Positions 1 through 8,655 of a DNA stretch of 27,078 nt are shown here, piece after piece (within the stretch, counting starts at the first letter, position 1; each line of letters begins with the position of its first letter). Position numbers and translations under genes: made by a program. Where the stretch lies: the IMG/VR virus record IMGVR_UViG_3300043444_000180, positions 1 through 27,078 of that record. The stretch is one strand, 5' to 3'. The DNA is from a virus. Taxonomy: Duplodnaviria > Caudoviricetes. The notes beneath the pieces are model-generated. The model made no database searches and was not told the DNA's origin. It was given only the letters and a program-made list of their open reading frames with translations.

Positions 1-671
1 TTGTATATACCAGATGGTAACTGAACTTTATATTGATTTCTATTTAATTTATTTACAGCAGAGTCAACTAAATTTCCAGAATCATCTTTAATTGTGAATG
101 TAAATTCTGGCATTATATTATCAATAATCCAAGAACGATAAACGTCTTGTTGCATATCTTCAGCATCATTATTTGTTATAACAGTATCTGTCGCATCTAA
201 AGAAGTATCAGCATAGTATATAACTAAAACTGAATGCTCAAAATCAGTAGACTGTTTATCAAAACATTTATGAATAAAAATTGGAAGATAATTTTCGCTA
301 TATCTTGATACAATAGAATTATTCATACTCTGATGGAAATTATTATTTCCAGTGTAAACAGTTTTTGTGAATTCTAAAACTTCTAATGGATTTGTTATCT
401 TTTCAGTAGAAACATCAAAATCAACCATCCAAGCACAATTATCTGTTAATAGCGGAAAATCTGCTACAGTGAATGTTCTCTCATCAACATTTGTGAAACT
501 ACATTCAACAGTTTCTTCTCTAGTTAAATCTGGTCTAACTACTTTATCAACAGAAACTGTTATAGATTTATTTGCAGCATTGTAACCGACAGTTGTTCTG
601 TAATTGTTATTAATTCCTAGTTTATCTGAACCTTCTAAACCAGAAATTTTAGTTTTAATTATTTTAAACAT
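1..671 (-). CDS. Hypothetical protein, partial (at least 223 aa, runs off the left edge)
   Basis: Not in the ORF track. Hand translation from ATG 671 gives MFKIIKTKISGLEGSDKLGINNNYRTTVGYN...VQLPSGIY with no stop before the window edge. A GGAG Shine-Dalgarno (GGAGAAATAATG) precedes it, and it starts 11 nt after the stop of the Cys-rich gene. No family recognised. Confidence 0.8.
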   Translation of the reverse strand, partial: MFKIIKTKISGLEGSDKLGINNNYRTTVGYNAANKSITVSVDKVVRPDLTREETVECSFTNVDERTFTVADFPLLTDNCAWMVDFDVSTEKITNPLEVLEFTKTVYTGNNNFHQSMNNSIVSRYSENYLPIFIHKCFDKQSTDFEHSVLVIYYADTSLDATDTVITNNDAEDMQQDVYRSWIIDNIMPEFTFTIKDDSGNLVDSAVNKLNRNQYKVQLPSGIY

Positions 672-682
672 TATTTCTCCAA

Positions 683-1051
683 TTAGCAGTTACAGTTACA
701 TGCGCAGTTACAGTTACATGCGCAGTTACAGTTACAGTTTGTTCGATAGTATTTAAAGTGTCCCATTGTTTGGTCTTGAGAATCGTGACGTAAACCATCA
801 TTGTATGCAGTATTACGGAAGACGTTTAGACGCCAATCAGTTACATGCACGTTAATTGATATATCGCCAGCATCACAGTTACCACAGTTACAGTTACAGT
901 TACCATTACATGCGTTACATGCGCATGCCCAACCGCAGTTACCGTTACCTTCTGTAATGTTTCTATTACCACCATCTCCAGACCATCCCCAGAACACACC
1001 ATTAAGGTCTGTTCCGCTTGAGATCTTAAAACCAGTTGCGCTGATTGCCAT
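683..1051 (-). CDS. Cys/Asn-rich repeat protein (122 aa, 17 Cys), function unknown
   Basis: GGAG SD lies within the end of the fibre gene, and the start is 1 nt after the fibre stop (TAA T ATG). Two Cys clusters: aa39-59 CGWACACNACNGNCNCNCGNC (8 Cys) and aa105-122 NCNCNCACNCNCACNCNC (9 Cys). Confidence 0.85.
   Translation of the reverse strand: MAISATGFKISSGTDLNGVFWGWSGDGGNRNITEGNGNCGWACACNACNGNCNCNCGNCDAGDISINVHVTDWRLNVFRNTAYNDGLRHDSQDQTMGHFKYYRTNCNCNCACNCNCACNCNC
686..739. repeat. Coding tandem repeat, 18-bp unit GCAGTTACAGTTACATGC
   Basis: Two perfect copies (686-703, 704-721) and a third matching 15/18 (722-739). Encodes (A/N)CNCNC three times on the minus strand. Confidence 0.95.
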
Positions 1052-1052
1052 A

Positions 1053-2225
1053 TTAGTTCTCCAATTTCTCTACACGAGTAGTTAATTCTTTAATAGTTTT
1101 TTGTTGTTCTTTAATAGCTTCGATTAACAAACCAACGATATTAGCATAAGAAACTGTCTTATATCCATCAGCCTCACCAACGACTTCTGGAATAACAGAT
1201 TCAACTTCTTGTGCAATAAGACCAATTTCTGGCTTATTGTTTCTAGTATAAGAAACACCACGAAGTCTATTTACAACTTCTACAGCATTATTTAGCGTTT
1301 GGACATTCTCTTTTAATCTTGCGTCAGAAGTAGTTTGGTATGTTGTAGCCACAACATCAACGAATGTATTTGTAGTTCCAGCGAACACATTGTTCGCTGC
1401 TAGACGTGGAATATTCGCACCAACAGATAAAGCAGGAGCTCCTGCAACACCATCGCCATTCACAACGTCAATGTCGCCAATAACACCAGTAATTTCTCTA
1501 GAAACGATATTACCGTTAGAAACTCTAACAATTATACCATTAGTAGATAAACCAGAGAATCCAGATAAATCAGCATCGAATGGTTGAACATCTGTACCGA
1601 TAACTAAACCAAGAGTCGATCTAGCTGTTGACGCATCAGCATCATCTAATAAAGTTCTGGCAAAGGCAGTTAGTGATGTAGCTGCAGCTGTAGTAGAACT
1701 TGTAAAATATGGAATAGAGTCAGCTGTTAGTGTTACGCCAGAGATAGCCTGCAGTTGTTCATCGTAAGCCTGAACATCATAACCAATTGATAGTCCAAGA
1801 TTTGCTCTAGCGTTTGATGCGTTTGTAGCACCAGTACCACCTACAGAAACTGGAATAGAACCACCATTAATACTGATACTTCCAACTGTCAAGTTTCCAG
1901 AAAACGTACCAGAAGTTCCAGATAATGCTCCAGTTAGAATCAGTGAGTTTAGCGTCGAATTACCAGAAGAATCACGGGCAACGATAGAACTTTTGTCTGT
2001 CGAACCAGGAAGTGTTGATAAAGCTGATAGACCATCCAATAAATCTGAATCTAAACCAGAGCCAGTCCCATCAACAGTTTTAAGTTTTGTGAGAATGTCA
2101 GCTGCGTTGTAATCTGTAGCTGTTAGCTTTGTTGCTAATTCATTGTTTAAATTGGTGAAGTTAGCATCAACCTCAGCGTTTGTAAGAGGTGATCCCTTAA
2201 CTTGTCGGAGAACGAGTGTCGCCAT
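1053..2225 (-). CDS. Tail fibre protein with C-terminal intramolecular chaperone (peptidase S74 type)
   Basis: C-terminal TSDARLKEN...RLRGVSY...IGLIAQEVE...V.Y..IVGLLIEAIKE followed by a coiled coil is the S74 chaperone signature. The N-terminal KGSPLTNAEVDANF and GSGLDSDLLDG motifs are typical of fibres. Internal repeat ARxxLGLxIGxDVQxxD occurs twice. Confidence 0.9.
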   Translation of the reverse strand: MATLVLRQVKGSPLTNAEVDANFTNLNNELATKLTATDYNAADILTKLKTVDGTGSGLDSDLLDGLSALSTLPGSTDKSSIVARDSSGNSTLNSLILTGALSGTSGTFSGNLTVGSISINGGSIPVSVGGTGATNASNARANLGLSIGYDVQAYDEQLQAISGVTLTADSIPYFTSSTTAAATSLTAFARTLLDDADASTARSTLGLVIGTDVQPFDADLSGFSGLSTNGIIVRVSNGNIVSREITGVIGDIDVVNGDGVAGAPALSVGANIPRLAANNVFAGTTNTFVDVVATTYQTTSDARLKENVQTLNNAVEVVNRLRGVSYTRNNKPEIGLIAQEVESVIPEVVGEADGYKTVSYANIVGLLIEAIKEQQKTIKELTTRVEKLEN

Positions 2226-2240
2226 TATTTTCCCTTATTC

Positions 2241-2468
2241 TTAGCGATCTTTTAGTAACACAGTAAGCATCTGCTTAATGTCAGAAAGCTCTGATTTAAT
2301 ATTATTTATTTCTTCTGCCTGAGTCTTTATAATATTTTCTTTTTCTTCTGCAGCTTTACGGTGATTTATGTATTGGACATATTCAACCATACTAGTATTT
2401 ATGATGGCATTGGAAGAGGTATCTCTAACCAAACCATCATGACCCTGAACTTTAAGAAAATTTTCCAT
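2241..2468 (-). CDS. Small coiled-coil protein (75 aa), hypothetical
   Basis: Probable start is MENFLKV at 2468, overlapping the upstream stop (TAATG). KVQGHDGLVRD..SNAIIN followed by a heptad C-terminus. Resembles small ORFs I recall downstream of VrlC-like genes in T4-like phages. Confidence 0.75.
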   Translation of the reverse strand: MENFLKVQGHDGLVRDTSSNAIINTSMVEYVQYINHRKAAEEKENIIKTQAEEINNIKSELSDIKQMLTVLLKDR

Positions 2469-5400
2469 TATGCACAAGCAATAATTCGTAAATCTTTGAT
2501 TCTAGGAATTGCAGAACTATTTGTAGACTTCATAACAATTTTAACCTGAATCGCATCAAATGGGTTCAGATTATTCAATGAATAGTCAACATCATAGAAT
2601 GTTTCATTTCCATTCTCTACCTTAATGGCAGGGACAACTGGAGTTGCTAAAGTATATTTAGTCTTATCCAGTGTTCCAGCAGAACCTAAAGAAGTTTTAT
2701 AATAAACATCAACATCTGATCCAGAAGGAACATTAGCTGCAAAACGGATCTTCACGAATGTTGATGGAAGAGCCAACTTAACAGCGTTTGTTACATACTT
2801 AGATGCAGTAGAAGAACCGATTGGAGCAATCTCGTCTGTAAATAGGTTCACAGTTGATACTGTTGTAGCAATTACAGCAGCTTCGGTAGTGAATGTTACA
2901 CCAGATACAGTTATAGTTCCAGTTGTTCCGTTGTCAGTAACGTCAGTTACCAAGAATTGACCATTATTACCAACAGTTGTAGCAGACTCAATCTTAACAT
3001 ATTGACCGATACCAATTGTAGAAATTAGGTTTCTTACAGTTGAATCAGTAGATGTAATTGTAGAGCCAGAGAAGTTGAACGCTCCAGTTGCACCGCTGAA
3101 TAGTGTTGTGTAATCTACAGGAGTTACATCCACGTTAGCATGTGTAGGAGAGTTAATTCTGTTAGAAATAGCAACCAAAGACATACGCTGAGTATCTAGA
3201 ACTGGAGACAACGAGTCATTAGTTGAAGATAGGTTAACTGCAAATGTTACAGACTTGTTACCACCAAGAGAATTGTTTTCGTTAACTTCTGATGCAATCA
3301 AACGAGGGCTGTAGAAGTAGTTATTCTCATTAGCTAAACAGTCACCGAAACTTACGTCTTGGATGTAGGCAGTTTGAGTTCCGTCAACTGATGTACCAGA
3401 AGTAGTTTTAACAGAGTAGTTTACAGATGTTTCAGAGAAACTCTGAACCTGAGCGATTGGGTAAACAGCATCATATTGAACCTGACCAGTTGCACGAATA
3501 GTTGAACCACCAGCGTAGCCAGTAGCTGTCGCAGCTGTAGTAACTGTTATTGTGTAAGAATCTAGATCTACGTTAGCAACAGTATGAGTAGCATTAAACT
3601 GAGTAGAAGGAATACCGTTTAGAGTTCCAGTTGCACCAGAGATAATAACTTTAGACCCAGCTACTAAGCCATGGTTATCATGCCATACACGAACGATTGT
3701 AGAACCAGCAGTAGTCTGGAATGGATCAGCCACTAAAGACTTATATGGTAGAACATCGTTAACGAACTGAACTGTTCCAACAGCTGAAGTATCAAACTTA
3801 GCACGATGGATAGTAAACTTCAAATCTTGAGTTTGATCAGTTGTCCAAGTAGAAGCATTCTGAGACTTGAATAGAGAACCAGCATAAGGTTGTTCAGAGA
3901 TAGTTCTAGAAGTCCCTGGAACAACATCACCTACCTGAGAAATCCAGCACTTATATTTGTTAGAGTCAGATTGCAACACGATACAATATTCACCAGCGTC
4001 CTGAACATAAACTGGAGAAGTAAATCTGAATTGTGTAGGTGTGTCATACTTAGGAGTAGAAACACCATCTAGGTCTACAGTAGTTGTAGACAAGTTAATC
4101 TGTTCTGGATTAAGAGTTACACGTGAGAATGGTAGAACACGCTTACCTGGATATCCGTTAACAACTTCGCGAATTTCTAAAGTTACAGGAATTTGTGAGT
4201 CTTTAGAAGCAAAGAAAATATCAACTGCTGTCAAGAATGCGCCACCCTTGTTCTCAACCAAGAATGTTTGAGCAAGAGGGTCATACCAACCAGTATCAGA
4301 AATAACACGCTGAGAAGTTTCAACGATTGTTTGAGAATCTTGAACAACTTCTTGAGCAATCTCTGCATTACGAACAGCATTAACCAACGATTGACGAGTC
4401 TCGATAACACCTTCGGCTCTGTAGTTTGTTCTACCACGAGAAGTGTAATCACCAGTTGCAACTGAGTTGTCGATTAACTTAAATTCACGAGAACCAGTGC
4501 GGAAACGAACTGCATCAGTATTAGGGATATTGAATAGTAAATTGATATTACCATTCTTGTTTGATGTTAAAGTTCCACCAACTGTTGACAATGAAACAGA
4601 GTTAATTGTTGCAGTAGAGTTAGTGATAGAACCAGTAATCTGTTCGTTAGTTTGGAATGTTCCAACAATATTAACTACGTATAGTGCTTTAGCTCCAGTA
4701 TCTGAGTCTAACTCTGTACCAACAACTACAGCTGTAGCTCCAGATGTAACACCAGTGATAACATCACCTTTGTTTAAACATACCTGAGAGTCGCCAGCGA
4801 TTCTACGAGCAGTCTCTGAAGAAGTACCACCAACATTACTTTCAAAGTCAAACGCTTGAGTTCCTGTGTAAGTAATTTTAGATGCTGGAGTACAGTAAGA
4901 AGAAACATCGATGTTATCGAAGTATGGATAGAAACGAGTTTGCGGTTTTAGACCACGAACCTGAACCAATACATTTCTTGAGCGAATATATGGAATAACC
5001 GCAGTAGATAATACACGATCAGCAACTACTTGCTTATCAACCTTAGCTACAACAGAACTTCTAACACCAGTTCTTGATTGTCCGATTTCAGTAGCAAAGA
5101 ACTCAGCTGTAACCTGACGAGCTGGACCATTACCGAAACGTGAAACGATTTCGCTACGAGAAAGACCTCTAACTCCTTGTGACACAGGAACTCCAGACCA
5201 CTGAGTCTGCCATGAGTTCCAAACAGTTCCAAGCACACCAGCTTTTTCAGCAAGTGTAGCGATTGTTGAGAAGTTACCTTCAATGTTATTCACAATATCT
5301 GGACGACGATCAACCTCAAACCACTCATCGGCAGCTGGGTTCATCTTAACATCACCAATAAAGGTGAAGATAGCGAATGGATTAATATTTTCTAAACGAG

Positions 5401-8400
5401 AAGCGAATTCTTGTTTAACTAAAACAACATCTTCAAGAATTGGTAATGTAACAACATCGCCATATTGAGCGTAGTTGCTAGCTTCTCTTTGTGTGTCGTT
5501 TGAGTTTTTCTCGATTAAGTTTACGTTAGTCATTGTGAAGAATGGACGTAATTCGCCTTTCTCCATATCAACTGAACACTTATAGTCTGGAGAAGAAACA
5601 TTACCAACACCATGACCAGAGAAGTTATCAACAATGAAACCATTCTTCAAACGATCTAAACCAGTTGAATCAGAAATCTTCAATGATTGAGTTTCTTGTT
5701 CCAACAATGATAGAGAAGTGTAGTATTCTAAGTTATCAATACGCTTTTCTAGCTTACCGATGTCACGCATTGTGTAGCGTTTGTTATCTACTTTAGAAAT
5801 CGTTACGTTCTCTGAAGAAGTACCGAATGTGTATGGCTCAAGTGTTAACTTGTAAAGAACCATACCAGTAGCTGGATCTTCTGGCTCGCCAGGAGTTAAA
5901 GAAGATGTTCCAGAAATACTAAAGAAGTTACCGTTGATGTCAACAGCAACTTTCTCTTTTCTTGATAGGTAGTAAGTGAAGTCTGTTCTAACATCGGCAC
6001 CACGTTTAGGTACTAATACCGCAGAACCAGAACCAGTGAATGTTGTTCCTGCGTCATCAATTCGTGGACGGAAGTCTAAGGCATCACGCAATTCAGCTGG
6101 GATGTCGTTGTAAGAAACCTCAGATGGATATGAATTTACAGAGCAATAATCACCAGTAGAATGTGTGAAGTATTCAAACACAACTTCGATTGGTGCTGAA
6201 GGGGGAACGTAAGTATCTTTTAGGTTAATTCTACCTAGATCGTAATAAGTAGAACGTTGACCATTATCAAAACTATAACGATCTGAAATATCAATATCGT
6301 AAGTAGAACCTGGACTTGCGAATGTTCCAGACTTCATCTTAATAGAAACGATTCTCCATGCATCAGACTTACCTAAAGAAAGGGTAGTCGAAGTAGCAGT
6401 AGCCTGAGTTGTGAATGTTACTGTCGCAGTATTAAGAGTTTTTGTTTTTTCTGTATTTGTAGAACCAGTTTTATTAACGGCACCGATAACTACGAATGGT
6501 CTTGATGCATAAGCTCCTGGGATCGTAAATGTAACAGAAGCACCAGATGGAACAATCGCACTTGGTAATACAACGTCACCAGTGGTATTGTCAATCAAAA
6601 TGTAGTTACCAGAAACGGCACCTGATGCCATAGATCCAGATGATGTTGATACTGTCAGAGTACAGTTACCACCAGAAACAGAAGAAGTTGTTCCTGTAAA
6701 TCTTTCATAAACAGTATAAGAAGTATCATTAGTTCCTAGAGAACTTCTTAAAGAACGAATAGCATAGTATGGCAATGAGAATACCAAACTGTCTTTATCT
6801 GATTCAAATAATTTTGTTTCAACTAAGCTATATGTAGCACCAGTTGTAGTTAAAGACGCATCAATCGTTAATGAGTTCTGAGAAGCAATCGCAGTAACAC
6901 GATACAATCCACTAGCAACAGAAATGTAGTCGCCGACGATTAAATCTGTCTGGAAAGAAGTTCCAGTTCCAGTTACAGTTGTGCCAGCAGCAGTTACAGA
7001 ACCAATTAATTGTGTTGTCAATGGGTTTACATCAGCAGTAAAACTTGTTGCTGCAGAACCACCATTGAAGAAAATAGATTTAACATGACGATCGAATGTG
7101 TATCCGTTTGTCATCTTAACATCAAATAGGGAAACTTTCCAAACAGCTGAAGCTGAACCGATAGTTCCGTTGTCCCACTCGATGAAACGAACACGAGCAG
7201 TACCAATCTTAGTGCCAACTGCAGTTCCACGACCAGCTGAACCAGTAACTCTATTGTATAGATCTACTGTATCGAATGTGTTAATCGGAGGTAGGTTGTT
7301 AAGGTTAGTTGCGTAGATAAAGTTACCAACAGTTGCAGTAACAAACGCATTATCAGCCTGAACATAATCACGTGCTTTATTAACAGCTACGTATTCTGTA
7401 GAAATCTTTTCAATTTCGTAACCACGAACATATGCTTTTCCTGGCTCTAAACCAATCGCCAACTTATTAACATCACCAGTTCTAAAGATACCACGATTAT
7501 AAACTGGATTTTCATTATATTCCCAGTTGATACCAGTAGAACCTGGACCATCGTAAGCAGTGCCAGAAGTATGTGTCGGAGCAATAGAAACTGAAGTTCC
7601 GCTATTTTTAGATACGTATGTTTTACCAGCATTGGTAACTACGTCACCCAACAAGAAAGATGTAGTTCCAGTCCAAGCACCACGATCGTTGTTACGGTGT
7701 TCGCGAACATCAATAGCAAACTCACGAACAGTGTAATCACCAGATTCGTCGTAAGTTCTACGTGCCAATGTTTTTTCTAATTCAGCATATTCTGTTTTAG
7801 AAACTTGTTTCTGATTGATACCTTCGTTAACACGAAGAAGTTCAATGAAGTCTTTATCTTCAACTGAATTCAAAGGCAACTTAGCCAATGTTAAGTCAAT
7901 GAAGTAACGATGTGCACCTGGAGCAGCAAAGTTATAACTGTTTTGAGCATTATCTAATAAGCTATCTTCATCTTCTGGAGTTACAACTGTTTCTTGAACA
8001 GCCAAACCAACACGATATGATGGTGTGTCGGAATATTTCTCTAAAATTAAAGAATGAGTGTCAACTAAAACGAAGTGTCCGTTAACATAGTAAACGCCAC
8101 GTTGGATTGTTACGATTGAACCAACACCAGTCGGAGTTGTTTCTAATGGAGAAACTTGAACAGAATATAATGAATCTTCTGTTGTGATAACTTCATCAGG
8201 AGCAAATGTTTTTGTTGTTGTATTTGTACCAGAGTTCTTATAACGAACGTAAATTGTAGTCGGTTCTGTAGTTTCTTGGCTTTGAGTTTTAATTACTTCT
8301 GCCTTTAGACCACTACTACCAACAAGAATTTTACCTTCTAGGTTTGATAAGAATGTTTCTACTGCAACACCAGCGTACAATGGATTTAATTTTACATATT

Positions 8401-8614
8401 GTGCTTTGTTGTCTAGAGAAATCTGTCCTGGAATAACCATCGCACCTTGTTTGAATACGTGGTCACCATGTCTGGAAATTTGTTTCTGTAAAATAGTTTG
8501 CATCTGAGTAAGCTCTCTGGCTTGCACAGCGAAACTTGGACGGAATAGAATACGGTAAAATTTCTGATTCTCGTCGTAATCGTCATTATACGGTTCTGTA
8601 TTGAAATCGATCAT
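2468..8614 (-). CDS. Large virion structural protein, VrlC-like / DUF4815 family (2048 aa)
   Basis: Motifs FNTEPYNDDYD..KFYRILFRP.FAVQARELTQMQTILQ.QI, APGAHR, LARRTYDESGDY, GKAYVRGYEI, KRYTMRDIGKLEKRI.NLEYYT.LSLLE, KNGFIVDNF, DPLAQTF and GSLFKSQNASTWT. Located after gp8. Confidence 0.85.
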   Translation of the reverse strand: MIDFNTEPYNDDYDENQKFYRILFRPSFAVQARELTQMQTILQKQISRHGDHVFKQGAMVIPGQISLDNKAQYVKLNPLYAGVAVETFLSNLEGKILVGSSGLKAEVIKTQSQETTEPTTIYVRYKNSGTNTTTKTFAPDEVITTEDSLYSVQVSPLETTPTGVGSIVTIQRGVYYVNGHFVLVDTHSLILEKYSDTPSYRVGLAVQETVVTPEDEDSLLDNAQNSYNFAAPGAHRYFIDLTLAKLPLNSVEDKDFIELLRVNEGINQKQVSKTEYAELEKTLARRTYDESGDYTVREFAIDVREHRNNDRGAWTGTTSFLLGDVVTNAGKTYVSKNSGTSVSIAPTHTSGTAYDGPGSTGINWEYNENPVYNRGIFRTGDVNKLAIGLEPGKAYVRGYEIEKISTEYVAVNKARDYVQADNAFVTATVGNFIYATNLNNLPPINTFDTVDLYNRVTGSAGRGTAVGTKIGTARVRFIEWDNGTIGSASAVWKVSLFDVKMTNGYTFDRHVKSIFFNGGSAATSFTADVNPLTTQLIGSVTAAGTTVTGTGTSFQTDLIVGDYISVASGLYRVTAIASQNSLTIDASLTTTGATYSLVETKLFESDKDSLVFSLPYYAIRSLRSSLGTNDTSYTVYERFTGTTSSVSGGNCTLTVSTSSGSMASGAVSGNYILIDNTTGDVVLPSAIVPSGASVTFTIPGAYASRPFVVIGAVNKTGSTNTEKTKTLNTATVTFTTQATATSTTLSLGKSDAWRIVSIKMKSGTFASPGSTYDIDISDRYSFDNGQRSTYYDLGRINLKDTYVPPSAPIEVVFEYFTHSTGDYCSVNSYPSEVSYNDIPAELRDALDFRPRIDDAGTTFTGSGSAVLVPKRGADVRTDFTYYLSRKEKVAVDINGNFFSISGTSSLTPGEPEDPATGMVLYKLTLEPYTFGTSSENVTISKVDNKRYTMRDIGKLEKRIDNLEYYTSLSLLEQETQSLKISDSTGLDRLKNGFIVDNFSGHGVGNVSSPDYKCSVDMEKGELRPFFTMTNVNLIEKNSNDTQREASNYAQYGDVVTLPILEDVVLVKQEFASRLENINPFAIFTFIGDVKMNPAADEWFEVDRRPDIVNNIEGNFSTIATLAEKAGVLGTVWNSWQTQWSGVPVSQGVRGLSRSEIVSRFGNGPARQVTAEFFATEIGQSRTGVRSSVVAKVDKQVVADRVLSTAVIPYIRSRNVLVQVRGLKPQTRFYPYFDNIDVSSYCTPASKITYTGTQAFDFESNVGGTSSETARRIAGDSQVCLNKGDVITGVTSGATAVVVGTELDSDTGAKALYVVNIVGTFQTNEQITGSITNSTATINSVSLSTVGGTLTSNKNGNINLLFNIPNTDAVRFRTGSREFKLIDNSVATGDYTSRGRTNYRAEGVIETRQSLVNAVRNAEIAQEVVQDSQTIVETSQRVISDTGWYDPLAQTFLVENKGGAFLTAVDIFFASKDSQIPVTLEIREVVNGYPGKRVLPFSRVTLNPEQINLSTTTVDLDGVSTPKYDTPTQFRFTSPVYVQDAGEYCIVLQSDSNKYKCWISQVGDVVPGTSRTISEQPYAGSLFKSQNASTWTTDQTQDLKFTIHRAKFDTSAVGTVQFVNDVLPYKSLVADPFQTTAGSTIVRVWHDNHGLVAGSKVIISGATGTLNGIPSTQFNATHTVANVDLDSYTITVTTAATATGYAGGSTIRATGQVQYDAVYPIAQVQSFSETSVNYSVKTTSGTSVDGTQTAYIQDVSFGDCLANENNYFYSPRLIASEVNENNSLGGNKSVTFAVNLSSTNDSLSPVLDTQRMSLVAISNRINSPTHANVDVTPVDYTTLFSGATGAFNFSGSTITSTDSTVRNLISTIGIGQYVKIESATTVGNNGQFLVTDVTDNGTTGTITVSGVTFTTEAAVIATTVSTVNLFTDEIAPIGSSTASKYVTNAVKLALPSTFVKIRFAANVPSGSDVDVYYKTSLGSAGTLDKTKYTLATPVVPAIKVENGNETFYDVDYSLNNLNPFDAIQVKIVMKSTNSSAIPRIKDLRIIACA

Positions 8615-8647
8615 TCTTTGCTCTTATCTATAAGTTGATTACTACTA

Positions 8648-8655
8648 TATTTATT
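8648..8655 (-). promoter_or_regulatory. Putative T4-type late promoter (AATAAATA)
   Basis: One mismatch to the T4 late consensus TATAAATA. Overlaps the gp8 stop and lies 33 nt upstream of the VrlC-like ATG. Confidence 0.6.

Noticed and set aside
367-585. 72-aa plus-strand ORF
   Set aside because: Antisense to the longer minus-strand ORF 1..671, which has an SD.
686-940. CAGTTA-based repeats as a CRISPR array
   Set aside because: Units are directly adjacent with no unique spacers, and the period is a multiple of 3 explained by the encoded Asn-Cys repeat.
686-940. Two AAC-rich segments as the template and variable repeats of a diversity-generating retroelement
   Set aside because: Similarity is limited to short low-complexity hexamers, there is no long pair differing only at adenines, and no reverse transcriptase is in the window.
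801-1085. 94-aa plus-strand ORF with QLQLQL repeats
   Set aside because: Antisense shadow of the Cys-rich gene. The minus-strand frame has the SD and the operon context.
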